Positions 27,817-37,031 of a stretch of 37,031 bases of DNA are shown piece after piece. The stretch lies in the sequence record DRR378314_598. One strand, given 5' to 3'. The notes below the pieces were generated by a model that worked only from the letters and a program-made list of their open reading frames with translations, made no database searches and was not told the origin of the DNA. Position 1 is the stretch's first letter. Each line of letters begins with the position of its first letter. Position numbers and translations under genes: made by a program.

Positions 27817-29733
27817 ATGAAATTAGACTGTCTGGCGCTACAGCCACAAACCGGCGAGTGGCTCAAAGAGCTGCCTGCGGAACTTAAAGAAGATGCCTTA
27901 GTTGGACAAAAACGTGCGGTTACAGCCTTAAACAACGCGTTACGTCAGCATGGTACATACTCTAATATTTATGCTTTATTTCCTGGTGGCCTTTTAAAGC
28001 GAGACATCCTCGATGCCTACTTTACTGATAGTCGCTGGGAATTCACTAATTGGTATGACTGGCTGTATTTGGCGAATCCGTCCGATCCTCTGCGTCCTCT
28101 ATGCGTTAACTTGCCGTCAGGAACAGCTGACGCAGCAATTAAAGCGATATGGGGCTTTCTGCAGCGACCGCTAGATCAGCGCGAAGAAGCTTACAACACC
28201 ATTATTGAACAGTTTGATACCCACAAGCTTCGTGATTACATGCAACAAATACGGGATAAAAAGGCTGAGGACATCCAGGGCGAGAGTCTAGCTTCTGTTT
28301 TAGTGGGACATCAGCACCCTGCCCCTTACTACTATTGCGACCGTGTTACTGAGGAACGTCTCTTTGGTCACATTGGTGTGCAGTCTGTTGAAGGAACGGT
28401 CAGTTCAGAGCTGCATTTGATTGAGGCCGGCCTTTTGCATAAAGCAAACGGAGGCGTTTTGGCTATTGAAGTTGCTCAATTGCTTGAAAACATTACGCTC
28501 TGGAAACGCCTGAAGGATGTTATCGAAGGCGGAGAATTTGAATGGCCGCGTCAGTCACCGACTTCAGGTGCAGCTTTCTTTTACCGACCCGAGTCTGTGC
28601 CCATTAATATCAAGATCATTTTACTGGGTTCACGTAACGAATACGCACAGCTGCGCGAGTATGACGAAGACTTTGATAACTTCTTCCCGTTTTTGGCAGA
28701 CTTTCATGGCCATTATGCCACTCAGAATGAGCCGGTAGCGCCCTACTTTAACTACTTACAGTATGTGTGGCAGCTTGCTGATGTGCTGCCGTTAAGTGCC
28801 GACGGTTATTCTGCCTTACTGCGGGTTTGTGCTCGATACACGGATTATCAGCAGGAACTTACGTTAAACACAATACAGTTACTGCAATTGCTTCGCGAAG
28901 CCAACGACTGCGCGCTGCAGAATCAACACGCAAAAATAGATAAAGCCGCAATAGATTTAGCGCTGCAGCAACAGCGGGATCGTGAAGGTAATCTGGCTGA
29001 ACTGAGCCGCCGCAGCATACTCGAGCAGCAGGTTCGAATAGACACTCATGGTTCTGCAGTTGGCCAGCTAAATGGCCTGACGGTAGTGACTATGGGCGGC
29101 AGTGAGTTCGGTGAGCCTTCCCGAATTACTGCGACCATTCACTATGGTGATGGCGATATTATTGATATTGAACGTAAATCTGACCTCTCCGGTAATATTC
29201 ACACTAAAGGGGTTATGATTTTAAGCGCTTATTTGGCCAACCAATTTGCCCGCCATGAGCCGCTATCAGTATCAGCAACTGTGGTATTCGAGCAGTCTTA
29301 CTATGAGGTAGATGGCGACAGCGCATCACTTGGCGAGCTTTGCTGCTTAATTTCAGCTCTGGCTGAGCAGCCGTTGAAACAGTCACTGGCTATTACTGGT
29401 GCGATAGATCAGTTTGGTAACGTTCAGTCTATTGGTGCAGTGAATGAAAAAATTGAAGGTTATTATGCGCTTTGTGCTCACAGGGGCTTAAATGGCGAGC
29501 AAGGCGTTATTATTCCTCAGTCGAATAGACATCAGCTTAACCTCAATGACGATATCATTGACGCGGTTAAAGCCGGTAAATTTCATGTGTACACGGTAGA
29601 GCATGTTGAGGAAGCGTTAGAATTACTGACAGACACGCCGGTTAAAGAACTTTTTCAGAAAGTTCGGGAACGAACACTGGATAGTTCTGATAATGATCAA
29701 CCCCGGGGTTTCTGGCGACGCCTTTTTAGCTGA
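27817..29733 (+). CDS. Lon protease family protein (YcbZ/LonB-like, AAA plus Lon_C)
   Basis: [38 protein letters not shown]; next to fabA as ycbZ is in E. coli. Confidence 0.88.
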   Translation: MKLDCLALQPQTGEWLKELPAELKEDALVGQKRAVTALNNALRQHGTYSNIYALFPGGLLKRDILDAYFTDSRWEFTNWYDWLYLANPSDPLRPLCVNLPSGTADAAIKAIWGFLQRPLDQREEAYNTIIEQFDTHKLRDYMQQIRDKKAEDIQGESLASVLVGHQHPAPYYYCDRVTEERLFGHIGVQSVEGTVSSELHLIEAGLLHKANGGVLAIEVAQLLENITLWKRLKDVIEGGEFEWPRQSPTSGAAFFYRPESVPINIKIILLGSRNEYAQLREYDEDFDNFFPFLADFHGHYATQNEPVAPYFNYLQYVWQLADVLPLSADGYSALLRVCARYTDYQQELTLNTIQLLQLLREANDCALQNQHAKIDKAAIDLALQQQRDREGNLAELSRRSILEQQVRIDTHGSAVGQLNGLTVVTMGGSEFGEPSRITATIHYGDGDIIDIERKSDLSGNIHTKGVMILSAYLANQFARHEPLSVSATVVFEQSYYEVDGDSASLGELCCLISALAEQPLKQSLAITGAIDQFGNVQSIGAVNEKIEGYYALCAHRGLNGEQGVIIPQSNRHQLNLNDDIIDAVKAGKFHVYTVEHVEEALELLTDTPVKELFQKVRERTLDSSDNDQPRGFWRRLFS

Positions 29734-29752
29734 GAAGTCACTTGTCGGATTT

Positions 29753-29778
29753 GTCTAGCGTACAGTTGTACGCTAGAC
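29753..29778. promoter_or_regulatory. FabR operator upstream of fabA
   Basis: Perfect dyad GTCTAGCGTACA-gt-TGTACGCTAGAC containing the AGCGTACA-N2-TGTWCGCT FabR consensus. Confidence 0.8.
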
Positions 29779-29816
29779 TGCTGCCTAGTTTTTTCGAACA
29801 ATTAATTAGGGTATTT

Positions 29817-30329
29817 ATGAATCAATCGAGCTTTACTCGCGAAGAACTTCTCGCCTGCAGTCGCGGGGAAATGTTTGGTCCTGGTAACAGTAAGTTGCCT
29901 GCACCTAATATGTTAATGATGGATCGCATCATTGAAATTAACGAAGACGGCGGATCGGCCGGAAAGGGTTTTATCCATGCCGAGCTCGATATTAACCCAG
30001 ATCTTTGGTTCTTTGACTGTCACTTTAAAGGTGACCCGGTAATGCCTGGCTGTTTGGGGCTTGATGCTATGTGGCAGTTGCTTGGCTTTCACCTGGCATG
30101 GTCTGGTGGCCCAGGGCGCGGTCGTGCATTAGGTGTTGGTGAAGTTAAATTTACCGGGCAAATTCTGCCGGAACACAAAAAAGTCAGTTACTTTATTGAT
30201 ATGACACGAGTTATTAAACGTAAACTATTTATGGGCGTTGGTAATGGTCGTGTTGAAGTTGATGGTCGCGAAATTTACACAGCCAAAGACTTAAAAGTTG
30301 GCTTGTTTACCGACACTTCTACTTTTTAG
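29817..30329 (+). CDS. fabA: 3-hydroxydecanoyl-ACP dehydratase/isomerase
   Basis: [37 protein letters not shown]; true start MNQSS at 29817. Confidence 0.97.
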   Translation: MNQSSFTREELLACSRGEMFGPGNSKLPAPNMLMMDRIIEINEDGGSAGKGFIHAELDINPDLWFFDCHFKGDPVMPGCLGLDAMWQLLGFHLAWSGGPGRGRALGVGEVKFTGQILPEHKKVSYFIDMTRVIKRKLFMGVGNGRVEVDGREIYTAKDLKVGLFTDTSTF

Positions 30330-30344
30330 TCCATCTTTGAATTG

Positions 30345-30377
30345 AAAAAAACGCCGATGCTTTCGCTATCGGCGTTT
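30345..30377 (-). terminator. Intrinsic (probably bidirectional) terminator between fabA and rmf
   Basis: AAACGCCGAT-N9-ATCGGCGTTT with an A-tract on the left. Confidence 0.8.
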
Positions 30378-30403
30378 CGTCTAACCTTTAATGTCTCTGA
30401 CAA

Positions 30404-30580
30404 TCAGCGGAATAAGCCGGTATTTCGGGCTTCCATTGCATCTCGCCAACCTCCCAGCCAGTGGGAACGAAAATCATCCTGAGTCTGATAAGGACAGTTG
30501 TCTTTTGAGCGACCATGCAAACCGGCTTTAAAGCCTTGAGTATGTGCTCTTTCAAAGCGATCGCGCTTTTGTCTTTTCAT
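30404..30580 (-). CDS. rmf: Ribosome modulation factor
   Basis: Manual translation MKRQKRDRFERAHTQGFKAGLHGRSKDNCPY...WLGGWRDAM (58 aa); below the ORF-track cutoff. Confidence 0.96.
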   Translation of the reverse strand: MKRQKRDRFERAHTQGFKAGLHGRSKDNCPYQTQDDFRSHWLGGWRDAMEARNTGLFR

Positions 30581-30754
30581 AAATCTATCCCTCGCCTGTT
30601 ATTCACAGATTATTATTTAGAGAGTTGAGACATTTTTGCTGCCTCATTACTATTGATAGACTTATTTGGTGAGAGTTCAATTGTAAAAGCAGCACAGTAT
30701 CCATTGACTTTTTTTAACGGATTGAAACTGTGCTACTTTTTATTTTAAGACCTA

Positions 30755-32500
30755 TTATGATTTTTTGGTCTTAAGGAAGGTTCTTCTTCTTATTCCGGTA
30801 ATAAGCAAACCTAAGGCGCCAAATCCAAGTAGCGAGCCAAGCCCGACAGCTGCGCCCTGACGCTCTACAGGTTCTTCATTGTCAGTACAGTTATTAAGTT
30901 CGCCTTCAATAGGATCGAGCTTTATATTGACAAGAATTTCACGAGTCCGGGTTTCCCCCTCTTCGTCTGTATACTCTTCAGTTTTGAGCGCTGTAGCAAT
31001 AATCTCACCGTTTTCGGTAATGTCATTGGCATCAACAATATTGTATTCGCTGTCACAGCTAATCGTATTGTTCAGGTTGATAATTTGTGGGGCTTCTGCA
31101 CTCATATCGTAGTAAAAACCAGCGCGTGCACGAACCTGAGAAAGTGTTGGGTCAACCTCCGCTGTACCGACCATTTCGCCATTGTCGTTGATACTGCGAA
31201 CCACGGTCGATGCGCCATTAAAGAAACTGTCAAGAATCGTCAATTCACTCGCATCAACATCGTAATAGAAGCCGTAGCTTCGCAACGTTCCTGCGGGACG
31301 TTTGGTTAAATGTCCGACAGCAATATTCGAGTCGTTGATGTCTGTTGCTGAGCCCCACAAATAAACCGGGTCTTCAGTTACAGGCAGCGCCTCTTGATTC
31401 TGGAAAATTGCCGGCATGCGAATAGCACCGCGATCAGGATGATAAGTCCAGCTTTGCCCTACTGCGATGTCATTGTTATTAACGGCGTAAGCGTAGCTCG
31501 AGAAGTCATTTTCATCGTCACTTCTTCTTTCTACCAAAGTTGGTAATTCAACTGCGTCAATGACCTCACCACTAGCGTCAAACTGCCATAACTTTCCGCG
31601 AATGTCATAGATAGAACGACCGGCACTATACCCTGAACGGGGTTGGCTGTAATAATATTGACTACTGGTATATGCAGCAATATTCGACGCATCGGCATTT
31701 TGTAAGCCTTTCCAGATGTTCCATACACAAACTTCCAGGGGCTGTGATTCATTGGCAACTTCGGGGTCTTCGCAGCTCTCTTCAATTCGAGTCGTTGCAG
31801 CAGGACTTAAACCAACGCTTTCATAACCAGCAGCGAGCCCGCTGTCGTTTATATCGAAAATAGCACTTTCACCACCCAGGTAATCCTGAGCTTGAGGTTC
31901 AACGACACTGGATTCGCCGTTGTTGTACCACATTCCGCGACTTAAAAAGTCTGATACAAAGTACTCTGCAGTCTCAGTTTCGTCGTCGGCATTGGTATAT
32001 TGATGTTCAATAAGCTCATACGGTGCACTGGTTACACCAACCGCTGTATTGGCATTATTAATTGAGTATAAGAAGCTGTCGACGCTATTAGCGAGTTGAT
32101 CCGCAGTTGCTGGCACTGCGTTAACGGCACTACTGCTTCCTTTATAAATAAAGGCCTGGTTCAATCCAATACGTTGAGTCTGAAGGCTGCTATTTGCATA
32201 GTTTCCCAAGTTTTCTACAATTGCCTGATACTGAGCAATAGTCAGTTCTTCATCTTCTTCGGGATCAAAACCTATCTGCGCGAGTAGTCGCGAAGGAACT
32301 CTAGAAAAATCAATTTCGACATTTTCGGGAAAACGTGCAACACCAACAATTTGCCCACTTGCGTTAATACTTTGCGGGATACTGCTTCGATAATTATTCA
32401 AAGTTTCAATTGTTTCAATGTTATAAGTGTCTGCTGCAGATGCAAAAGAGACTGTTGAAACAATTGCTACGGTAAGTGACTTCAACGTAAATGATTTCAT
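30755..32500 (-). CDS. DUF3466-family secreted protein with GlyGly-CTERM-like anchor
   Basis: Signal peptide; repeated INxxGxxVG units; C-terminal RQGAA-TM-RRR; conserved position after uup. Confidence 0.78.
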   Translation of the reverse strand: MKSFTLKSLTVAIVSTVSFASAADTYNIETIETLNNYRSSIPQSINASGQIVGVARFPENVEIDFSRVPSRLLAQIGFDPEEDEELTIAQYQAIVENLGNYANSSLQTQRIGLNQAFIYKGSSSAVNAVPATADQLANSVDSFLYSINNANTAVGVTSAPYELIEHQYTNADDETETAEYFVSDFLSRGMWYNNGESSVVEPQAQDYLGGESAIFDINDSGLAAGYESVGLSPAATTRIEESCEDPEVANESQPLEVCVWNIWKGLQNADASNIAAYTSSQYYYSQPRSGYSAGRSIYDIRGKLWQFDASGEVIDAVELPTLVERRSDDENDFSSYAYAVNNNDIAVGQSWTYHPDRGAIRMPAIFQNQEALPVTEDPVYLWGSATDINDSNIAVGHLTKRPAGTLRSYGFYYDVDASELTILDSFFNGASTVVRSINDNGEMVGTAEVDPTLSQVRARAGFYYDMSAEAPQIINLNNTISCDSEYNIVDANDITENGEIIATALKTEEYTDEEGETRTREILVNIKLDPIEGELNNCTDNEEPVERQGAAVGLGSLLGFGALGLLITGIRRRTFLKTKKS

Positions 32501-32503
32501 TAA

Positions 32504-34450
32504 CTAACTACTCTGTTCTGATAAGTTTTCCAGTTCTTCCCAGCGCTCCAGATCCTGCATCAACTGCCCTTCAATTTCGGCAATTTGAGTCATGACTGGT
32601 TCGGTTTTTTCTAATGGCTGTTCGAAGAACCCCGGTTCATTCATTAACTGTTGTAATTCTTCAAGTTTTGCTTCTTTTTCTGCAATAACTTTGGGTAACT
32701 GCTCTAGTTCGCGTTGCAATTTATAGGATAACTTCTTCCGCGGCTTGTCTGAACCTTTGTCTGCGGTTTTTCCTTTATTTTGCGAACTTTTGTTGCTGTC
32801 AGACTCTTTAGCTGCCGCTTTGGTTCCGTTGCTATGAAATGAATTTTCCGCTTTTGCCGCTAAATAGTGGTTTAACTCAGTAAAACCACCAATAATTTCC
32901 GTAATAACGCCCTCACCTTCAAAGTACAGTACACTGGTCGCCGTATTATCGACAAATTCCCTATCGTGACTGACCAACAGAACCGTGCCCTGATAATTCG
33001 CTACAATTTGCTCGAGCAGTTCTAAGGTTTCAATATCAAGATCGTTGGTTGGTTCATCGAGTACCAGAATATTACTGGGTTTAAGCAGTATTTTCGCTAA
33101 CAACGCCCGGTTTCTTTCCCCACCGGAAAGCGCCCGAACCGGAGTTCGTGATTGTTTCGGTGAAAAGAGAAAATCCTGCAGGTAACTTAAAATATGTCGG
33201 CTGCGGCCCTGAAACTCTATGTCCTGCTTGCCGTCACCAACGTTGTCCATAACGGTTTGTTCAGGGTCAAGCTGCGCCCGGTGTTGATCAAAGTAAGCGA
33301 CTTCCAGATTAGTTCCCAGCTGAACCTTACCGCTGTCCACTTCCTGCATGCCTAAAATTACTTTAATCAGCGTACTTTTACCGCAACCATTAGGCCCGAC
33401 AAAGGCTATTTTGTCGCCGCGCATCAACAAGAGATCCAGGTCATTGATAATGGGCTTGTCGCCAAAGCGCAAAGCCATATTTTCGCCTTCAAAGACTTTC
33501 TTACCAGAACGCGAGGACTCGTTCACTGCCAGATTTGCCTTACCCTGAAGCTCGCGTCTTTGCTGACGTTGCTTCCGTAAGTCCTGAAGTGCACGTACCC
33601 GCCCTTCGTTACGAGTGCGACGTGCCTTAACGCCCTGGCGTATCCAGGTCTCTTCAGCTGCCAGCTTTTTATCAAACTCAGCGTTGTGGCTTGCTTCAAC
33701 TTCCAGTGCTTCCTGCTTTTTCTGTAGGTAGGTATCGTAGCTGCCCGGGTAACTGGTTAAATGTCCGCGGTCTAAATCGATAATTCGTGTGGCCAAACGG
33801 CGGATGAATGCCCTGTCGTGACTAATAAATAACACGGCGCCGGAAAAGTTAACGATTTGCTCTTCCAGCCAACGCACCATTTCAATATCCAAGTGGTTGG
33901 TCGGTTCGTCTAACAGTAAAATGTCCGGATCAACAACCAGAGCACGGGCAAGCGCCACGCGACGTAACCAACCGCCGGAAAGTGCAGCCATGGTTTCATC
34001 TGCAGGTAATTGCAGCTGAGTTAAAACCTGCTCAATACGGGTATTCACTTGCCAGCCGTTAATGGCATCCAGTTGATTCTGCAGTTTGTCCATTTCATCA
34101 AGCGTTGCGCTGCTGGGCGAGTCGGTAAGACTTGCAGACAATTCATGATAACGAGCCAACGCCTTGCCCGATTCAGCAAGAGCTTCTGCTACGTAGTCAA
34201 ATACTCTCTGCTCGGACTGCTTGGGCGGATCCTGTGGCAAACGAGTCACTTTAGTATCGCCAACCCACTGTATTTGCCCTGAATCTAAGACCACTTCGTT
34301 ATCTATCGCTTTTAAGAAAGTGGATTTACCGGCGCCGTTACGGCCAACCAAACAAACTCGTTCACCGGCTTCAATGGTAAAATCAACACCGTCTAAAATG
34401 GCATCAGCGCCAAAGGCCAGGTGTGCATCCTGTACACGTAATAAACTCAT
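32504..34450 (-). CDS. uup: ABC-F ATPase Uup
   Basis: Two ABC cassettes (GRNGAGKST, GPNGCGKST), LSGGW, WIRQGVKARRTRNEGRVRAL, KLSYKLQRELEQLP. Confidence 0.96.
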   Translation of the reverse strand: MSLLRVQDAHLAFGADAILDGVDFTIEAGERVCLVGRNGAGKSTFLKAIDNEVVLDSGQIQWVGDTKVTRLPQDPPKQSEQRVFDYVAEALAESGKALARYHELSASLTDSPSSATLDEMDKLQNQLDAINGWQVNTRIEQVLTQLQLPADETMAALSGGWLRRVALARALVVDPDILLLDEPTNHLDIEMVRWLEEQIVNFSGAVLFISHDRAFIRRLATRIIDLDRGHLTSYPGSYDTYLQKKQEALEVEASHNAEFDKKLAAEETWIRQGVKARRTRNEGRVRALQDLRKQRQQRRELQGKANLAVNESSRSGKKVFEGENMALRFGDKPIINDLDLLLMRGDKIAFVGPNGCGKSTLIKVILGMQEVDSGKVQLGTNLEVAYFDQHRAQLDPEQTVMDNVGDGKQDIEFQGRSRHILSYLQDFLFSPKQSRTPVRALSGGERNRALLAKILLKPSNILVLDEPTNDLDIETLELLEQIVANYQGTVLLVSHDREFVDNTATSVLYFEGEGVITEIIGGFTELNHYLAAKAENSFHSNGTKAAAKESDSNKSSQNKGKTADKGSDKPRKKLSYKLQRELEQLPKVIAEKEAKLEELQQLMNEPGFFEQPLEKTEPVMTQIAEIEGQLMQDLERWEELENLSEQSS

Positions 34451-34686
34451 TGCTCTACAAACTCCAGCAATTGATTAGCATCGAAAGGCCAACGCAACTC
34501 TGCGTCGTCTTTTCCCCGAATAAATACTGGTACTAACCAGCCATACTCTTCTTGCAGCTCCTGCTGTTCGGCAATGTCGACTACTCCAAGTTCAACCGGC
34601 TCTTCCAGGTCGAGCGAATGCAGTAACTGAATAGCCTGAGTACAAAGCGGACAGTTTGGTTTCGTAAGCAAATAAAACGCAGACAT
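34447..34686 (-). CDS. Glutaredoxin-like protein (DUF836)
   Basis: CPLC, EYGWLVPV, ELRWPFD. Confidence 0.85.
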   Translation of the reverse strand: MSAFYLLTKPNCPLCTQAIQLLHSLDLEEPVELGVVDIAEQQELQEEYGWLVPVFIRGKDDAELRWPFDANQLLEFVEQ

Positions 34687-34689
34687 TAA

Positions 34690-36804
34690 TTAAGCCCGTG
34701 AAATAATATAATAATGATGAATACCTTTATGGCGTTTGAAGTCCTCGGGTATTGAGGCCTGGGTCTGATCATTTACTTCAAGACCGGCTTTATCCAGGCC
34801 TTCGGTGTCGATGCGGAATTTCTTTCTATTGTTAGAGAATAGAATCACGCCATCCTCTTTCAACATTCCCGTGGCGGTTTTTATCAAACCGACGTGGTCA
34901 CGCTGTATGTCTAAGGTTCCGCTCATCCGTTTTGAGTTACTAAAGGTGGGCGGATCAAGGAAAATAACGTCAAACAGTTGCTTGCCACGTTGTTCCCGCA
35001 TCCAGCTAAAGCAGTCAGCCTGAATAAACTGGTAGTCGCCTCGTAAGCGGTTTAAGGCAAAGTTACGCTCGCCCCACTTCAGGTAAGTTTTCGACATATC
35101 AACAGAAACAACTCGTGCGGCTCCGGCTCTGGCAGCCTGAACAGAGGCTGTGCAGGTATAGGCAAATAAATTCAGCACATCCAATTCTTCGCATTTATCC
35201 AGTAGCTCTTTACGCACCAGTCTGTGGTCCATAAATAAGCCGGTATCAAGGTAATCAGTTAAATTCACCTCAAACTTGGCGCCGTATTCATTAACCGTTA
35301 ACACCGTGCTGTCCTGCGATTGTTTTTCGTATTGCTGCTTACCGCTTTGCCGTTGGCGGCGTTTCAAAATGATTTTATCTTCTGACACAGGCAAAGCTGA
35401 ACTTAAAGACTCGAGCATGAACCACAAACGGTCATTGGCAACGCCTTCCGGAATGTCTTTTGGAGCTGCGTATTCCTGTACAACCACGTAATCCTGATAG
35501 ATATCGATAGCGGCGTTGTACTCAGGAATGTCTGCATCATAAACACGCCAGCAATCCAGTCCTTCCTTGTCTGCCCACTTGCTTAATTTCGCGTAATTCT
35601 TCTTAACCCTGTTAACCAGGTCATCAGCTTGACTCTCTGCGAAGTCAGGTTGCTCTTTAGTTAAGTCGTAAAGCGCCAGGTTAACCGGGATTGCGCCGTT
35701 TAACAGCGGGTATTTCTTATGACTACGCAGTTTCAGACGTTTCAATAACTGCTCGTCTCCTGCCAGTACGGCTATATGCCAATTATGGAAAGTGTCTTTT
35801 AGTTGACGGCCAAAACGGCGGTACAACAATAAGGTTTCAACGGCCTCACCCAGACGTTCACCGTAGGGAGGATTACAGACTAACAGGCCACTTTCTGCCG
35901 GTGCTTCACAGTTTGTTGCATCCGCAACTTCAAACTCTATCACTTCATGCAATAGCACACGCTTGGCGTTATCTTTAGCTTTAGCGACCAAATGAGGGTT
36001 GTTGTCAGAGCCTTTTAAATGGCCTTTAAAGTTTTTCTTACCTTCTTTAAAGCGCTGCTCAGCCTGCTCGAGCACGTCGTGCCACAGTTGCGACGAATGT
36101 TCATGCCAAAACAAGAAGCCCCAATGCGCGCGGCTCAAACCTGGTGCGTGGTCCATTGCCATCATAGCGGCTTCAATGACTAAGGTACCCGAGCCACAAA
36201 AGGGGTCAAAAATAACGGGCTCGTCTTTTTCCAATTCGTTTTTGATGCCGGCGCGGACTAATATAGCGGCAGCTAAGGTTTCCCGCAGCGGTGCTTCACC
36301 CTGCTGCAGGCGATATCCCCTTTTGTGCATGCCGTCACCGGTAAAGTCTAAAGACCAGGTGAGCTTGTCTTTATGTACTCGCACGGCAATACGAATGTCC
36401 GGGTCCTGCTTATCGATACTGGGGCGTTCAAATCCGCTATTACGAAAGTTATCGACAATACAGTCTTTTACTAACTGTGCGCCAAACTGAGTGTGGCGAA
36501 TGTCGTCGTTACCGCCAGAGAAATCAACTACAAAGGTTCTGTTCGCATCGAAAACCTTGCTCCAGGAGAATTGAGTCAATGCCAGTTTAATCTCATCCAG
36601 GCTGGAAACGTCCTTTTCACCCAGTTGTAATAGCATACGGCTTGCTAACCTGGACCACATAGCCACGGTATAAGCTTGCTGCAAATCAGCCTCGATATAG
36701 CAGCCCGCAAGGGTTTGCTTAACGTGACTTAAATTGAACTCTTGCAACTCATCAAACAAAAGCCCTTCAAGGCCTTTGGAGCACGCAATAAAAAAACGAT
36801 ACAT
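34690..36804 (-). CDS. rlmKL: Bifunctional 23S rRNA m2G2445/m7G2069 methyltransferase RlmKL
   Basis: THUMP region, [39 protein letters not shown]. Confidence 0.96.
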   Translation of the reverse strand: MYRFFIACSKGLEGLLFDELQEFNLSHVKQTLAGCYIEADLQQAYTVAMWSRLASRMLLQLGEKDVSSLDEIKLALTQFSWSKVFDANRTFVVDFSGGNDDIRHTQFGAQLVKDCIVDNFRNSGFERPSIDKQDPDIRIAVRVHKDKLTWSLDFTGDGMHKRGYRLQQGEAPLRETLAAAILVRAGIKNELEKDEPVIFDPFCGSGTLVIEAAMMAMDHAPGLSRAHWGFLFWHEHSSQLWHDVLEQAEQRFKEGKKNFKGHLKGSDNNPHLVAKAKDNAKRVLLHEVIEFEVADATNCEAPAESGLLVCNPPYGERLGEAVETLLLYRRFGRQLKDTFHNWHIAVLAGDEQLLKRLKLRSHKKYPLLNGAIPVNLALYDLTKEQPDFAESQADDLVNRVKKNYAKLSKWADKEGLDCWRVYDADIPEYNAAIDIYQDYVVVQEYAAPKDIPEGVANDRLWFMLESLSSALPVSEDKIILKRRQRQSGKQQYEKQSQDSTVLTVNEYGAKFEVNLTDYLDTGLFMDHRLVRKELLDKCEELDVLNLFAYTCTASVQAARAGAARVVSVDMSKTYLKWGERNFALNRLRGDYQFIQADCFSWMREQRGKQLFDVIFLDPPTFSNSKRMSGTLDIQRDHVGLIKTATGMLKEDGVILFSNNRKKFRIDTEGLDKAGLEVNDQTQASIPEDFKRHKGIHHYYIISRA

Positions 36805-36962
36805 AGAAACTTCGCCTAAAAAATTAAGGGGACAATTATAACGGAGAGCTCAGTGGCTGTCTGTAATTCCAGCTGAAATAAGGGAATTACATAGAGAATG
36901 ACTAATAAATCAGCAGTTAAACCGTATTTGTATAAATACTATGCGGTTGGTTTAAATAAAGC

Positions 36963-36999
36963 TTGCGCAGCACGAATTATGACTATACTATGCGCTCTC
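36963..36999 (+). promoter_or_regulatory. Sigma70 stable-RNA promoter with GC-rich discriminator
   Basis: TTGCGC-17 bp-TACTAT-GCGCTCTC immediately before the tRNA. Confidence 0.65.
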
Positions 37000-37006
37000 A
37001 ATCGGA

Positions 37007-37031
37007 CGCGGGGTGGAGCAGTCTGGTAGCT
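37007..37031 (+). tRNA. Initiator tRNA-fMet, 5' 25 nt only (truncated by window end)
   Basis: CGCGGGGTGGAGCAGTCTGGTAGCT matches the E. coli tRNA-fMet 5' end except for one base; anticodon is outside the window. Confidence 0.85.

Noticed and set aside
29742-29816. 25-aa N-terminal extension of FabA
   Set aside because: Runs through the FabR operator; ATG at 29817 gives the normal ~170-aa length.
37003-37031. tRNA-Pro (CGG start at 37003)
   Set aside because: The sequence from 37007 matches the initiator tRNA-fMet 5' end much better.

Overview
Terminus region of a marine gammaproteobacterial chromosome; gene content and order suggest Alteromonadales, possibly Idiomarina-like (inference). Left host arm: mnmA (partial), rluE, a membrane protein, a Bax-like glucosaminidase, ttcA, uspE, the cbb3 oxidase cluster ccoNOQP-HIS with a DsbD_2 gene, an MCP, an RND/MFP pair, a CPXCG protein, azoR and a LysR regulator. 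Right host arm: a Lon-like ycbZ, fabA with a FabR site, rmf, DUF3466, uup, a glutaredoxin-like gene, rlmKL and the start of tRNA-fMet. The chromosomal dif site (19849-19876) carries an apparently complete 7,690-bp filamentous prophage (inovirus), bounded by a 19-bp direct repeat (19858-19876 and 27548-27566) and lacking an integrase. Main observations: (1) The att core lies inside the phage repressor gene, so the integrated repressor ends ...IAYNVYYVKS (110 aa) and the excised-circle form would end ...IAYNVYLYLMGFTINESYECGRQWNSRRGVISYRKN (136 aa). (2) Only in the circle does that repressor sit 12 nt upstream of an AT-rich 2-TM accessory gene. (3) The phage att site has a TLC-phi-like degenerate XerD arm, and the phage encodes an HTH + DUF3653-like (XafT-like) protein. 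Together these suggest a XerCD-driven, integration-dependent genetic switch. All family assignments come from motif recognition by eye, not database searches.
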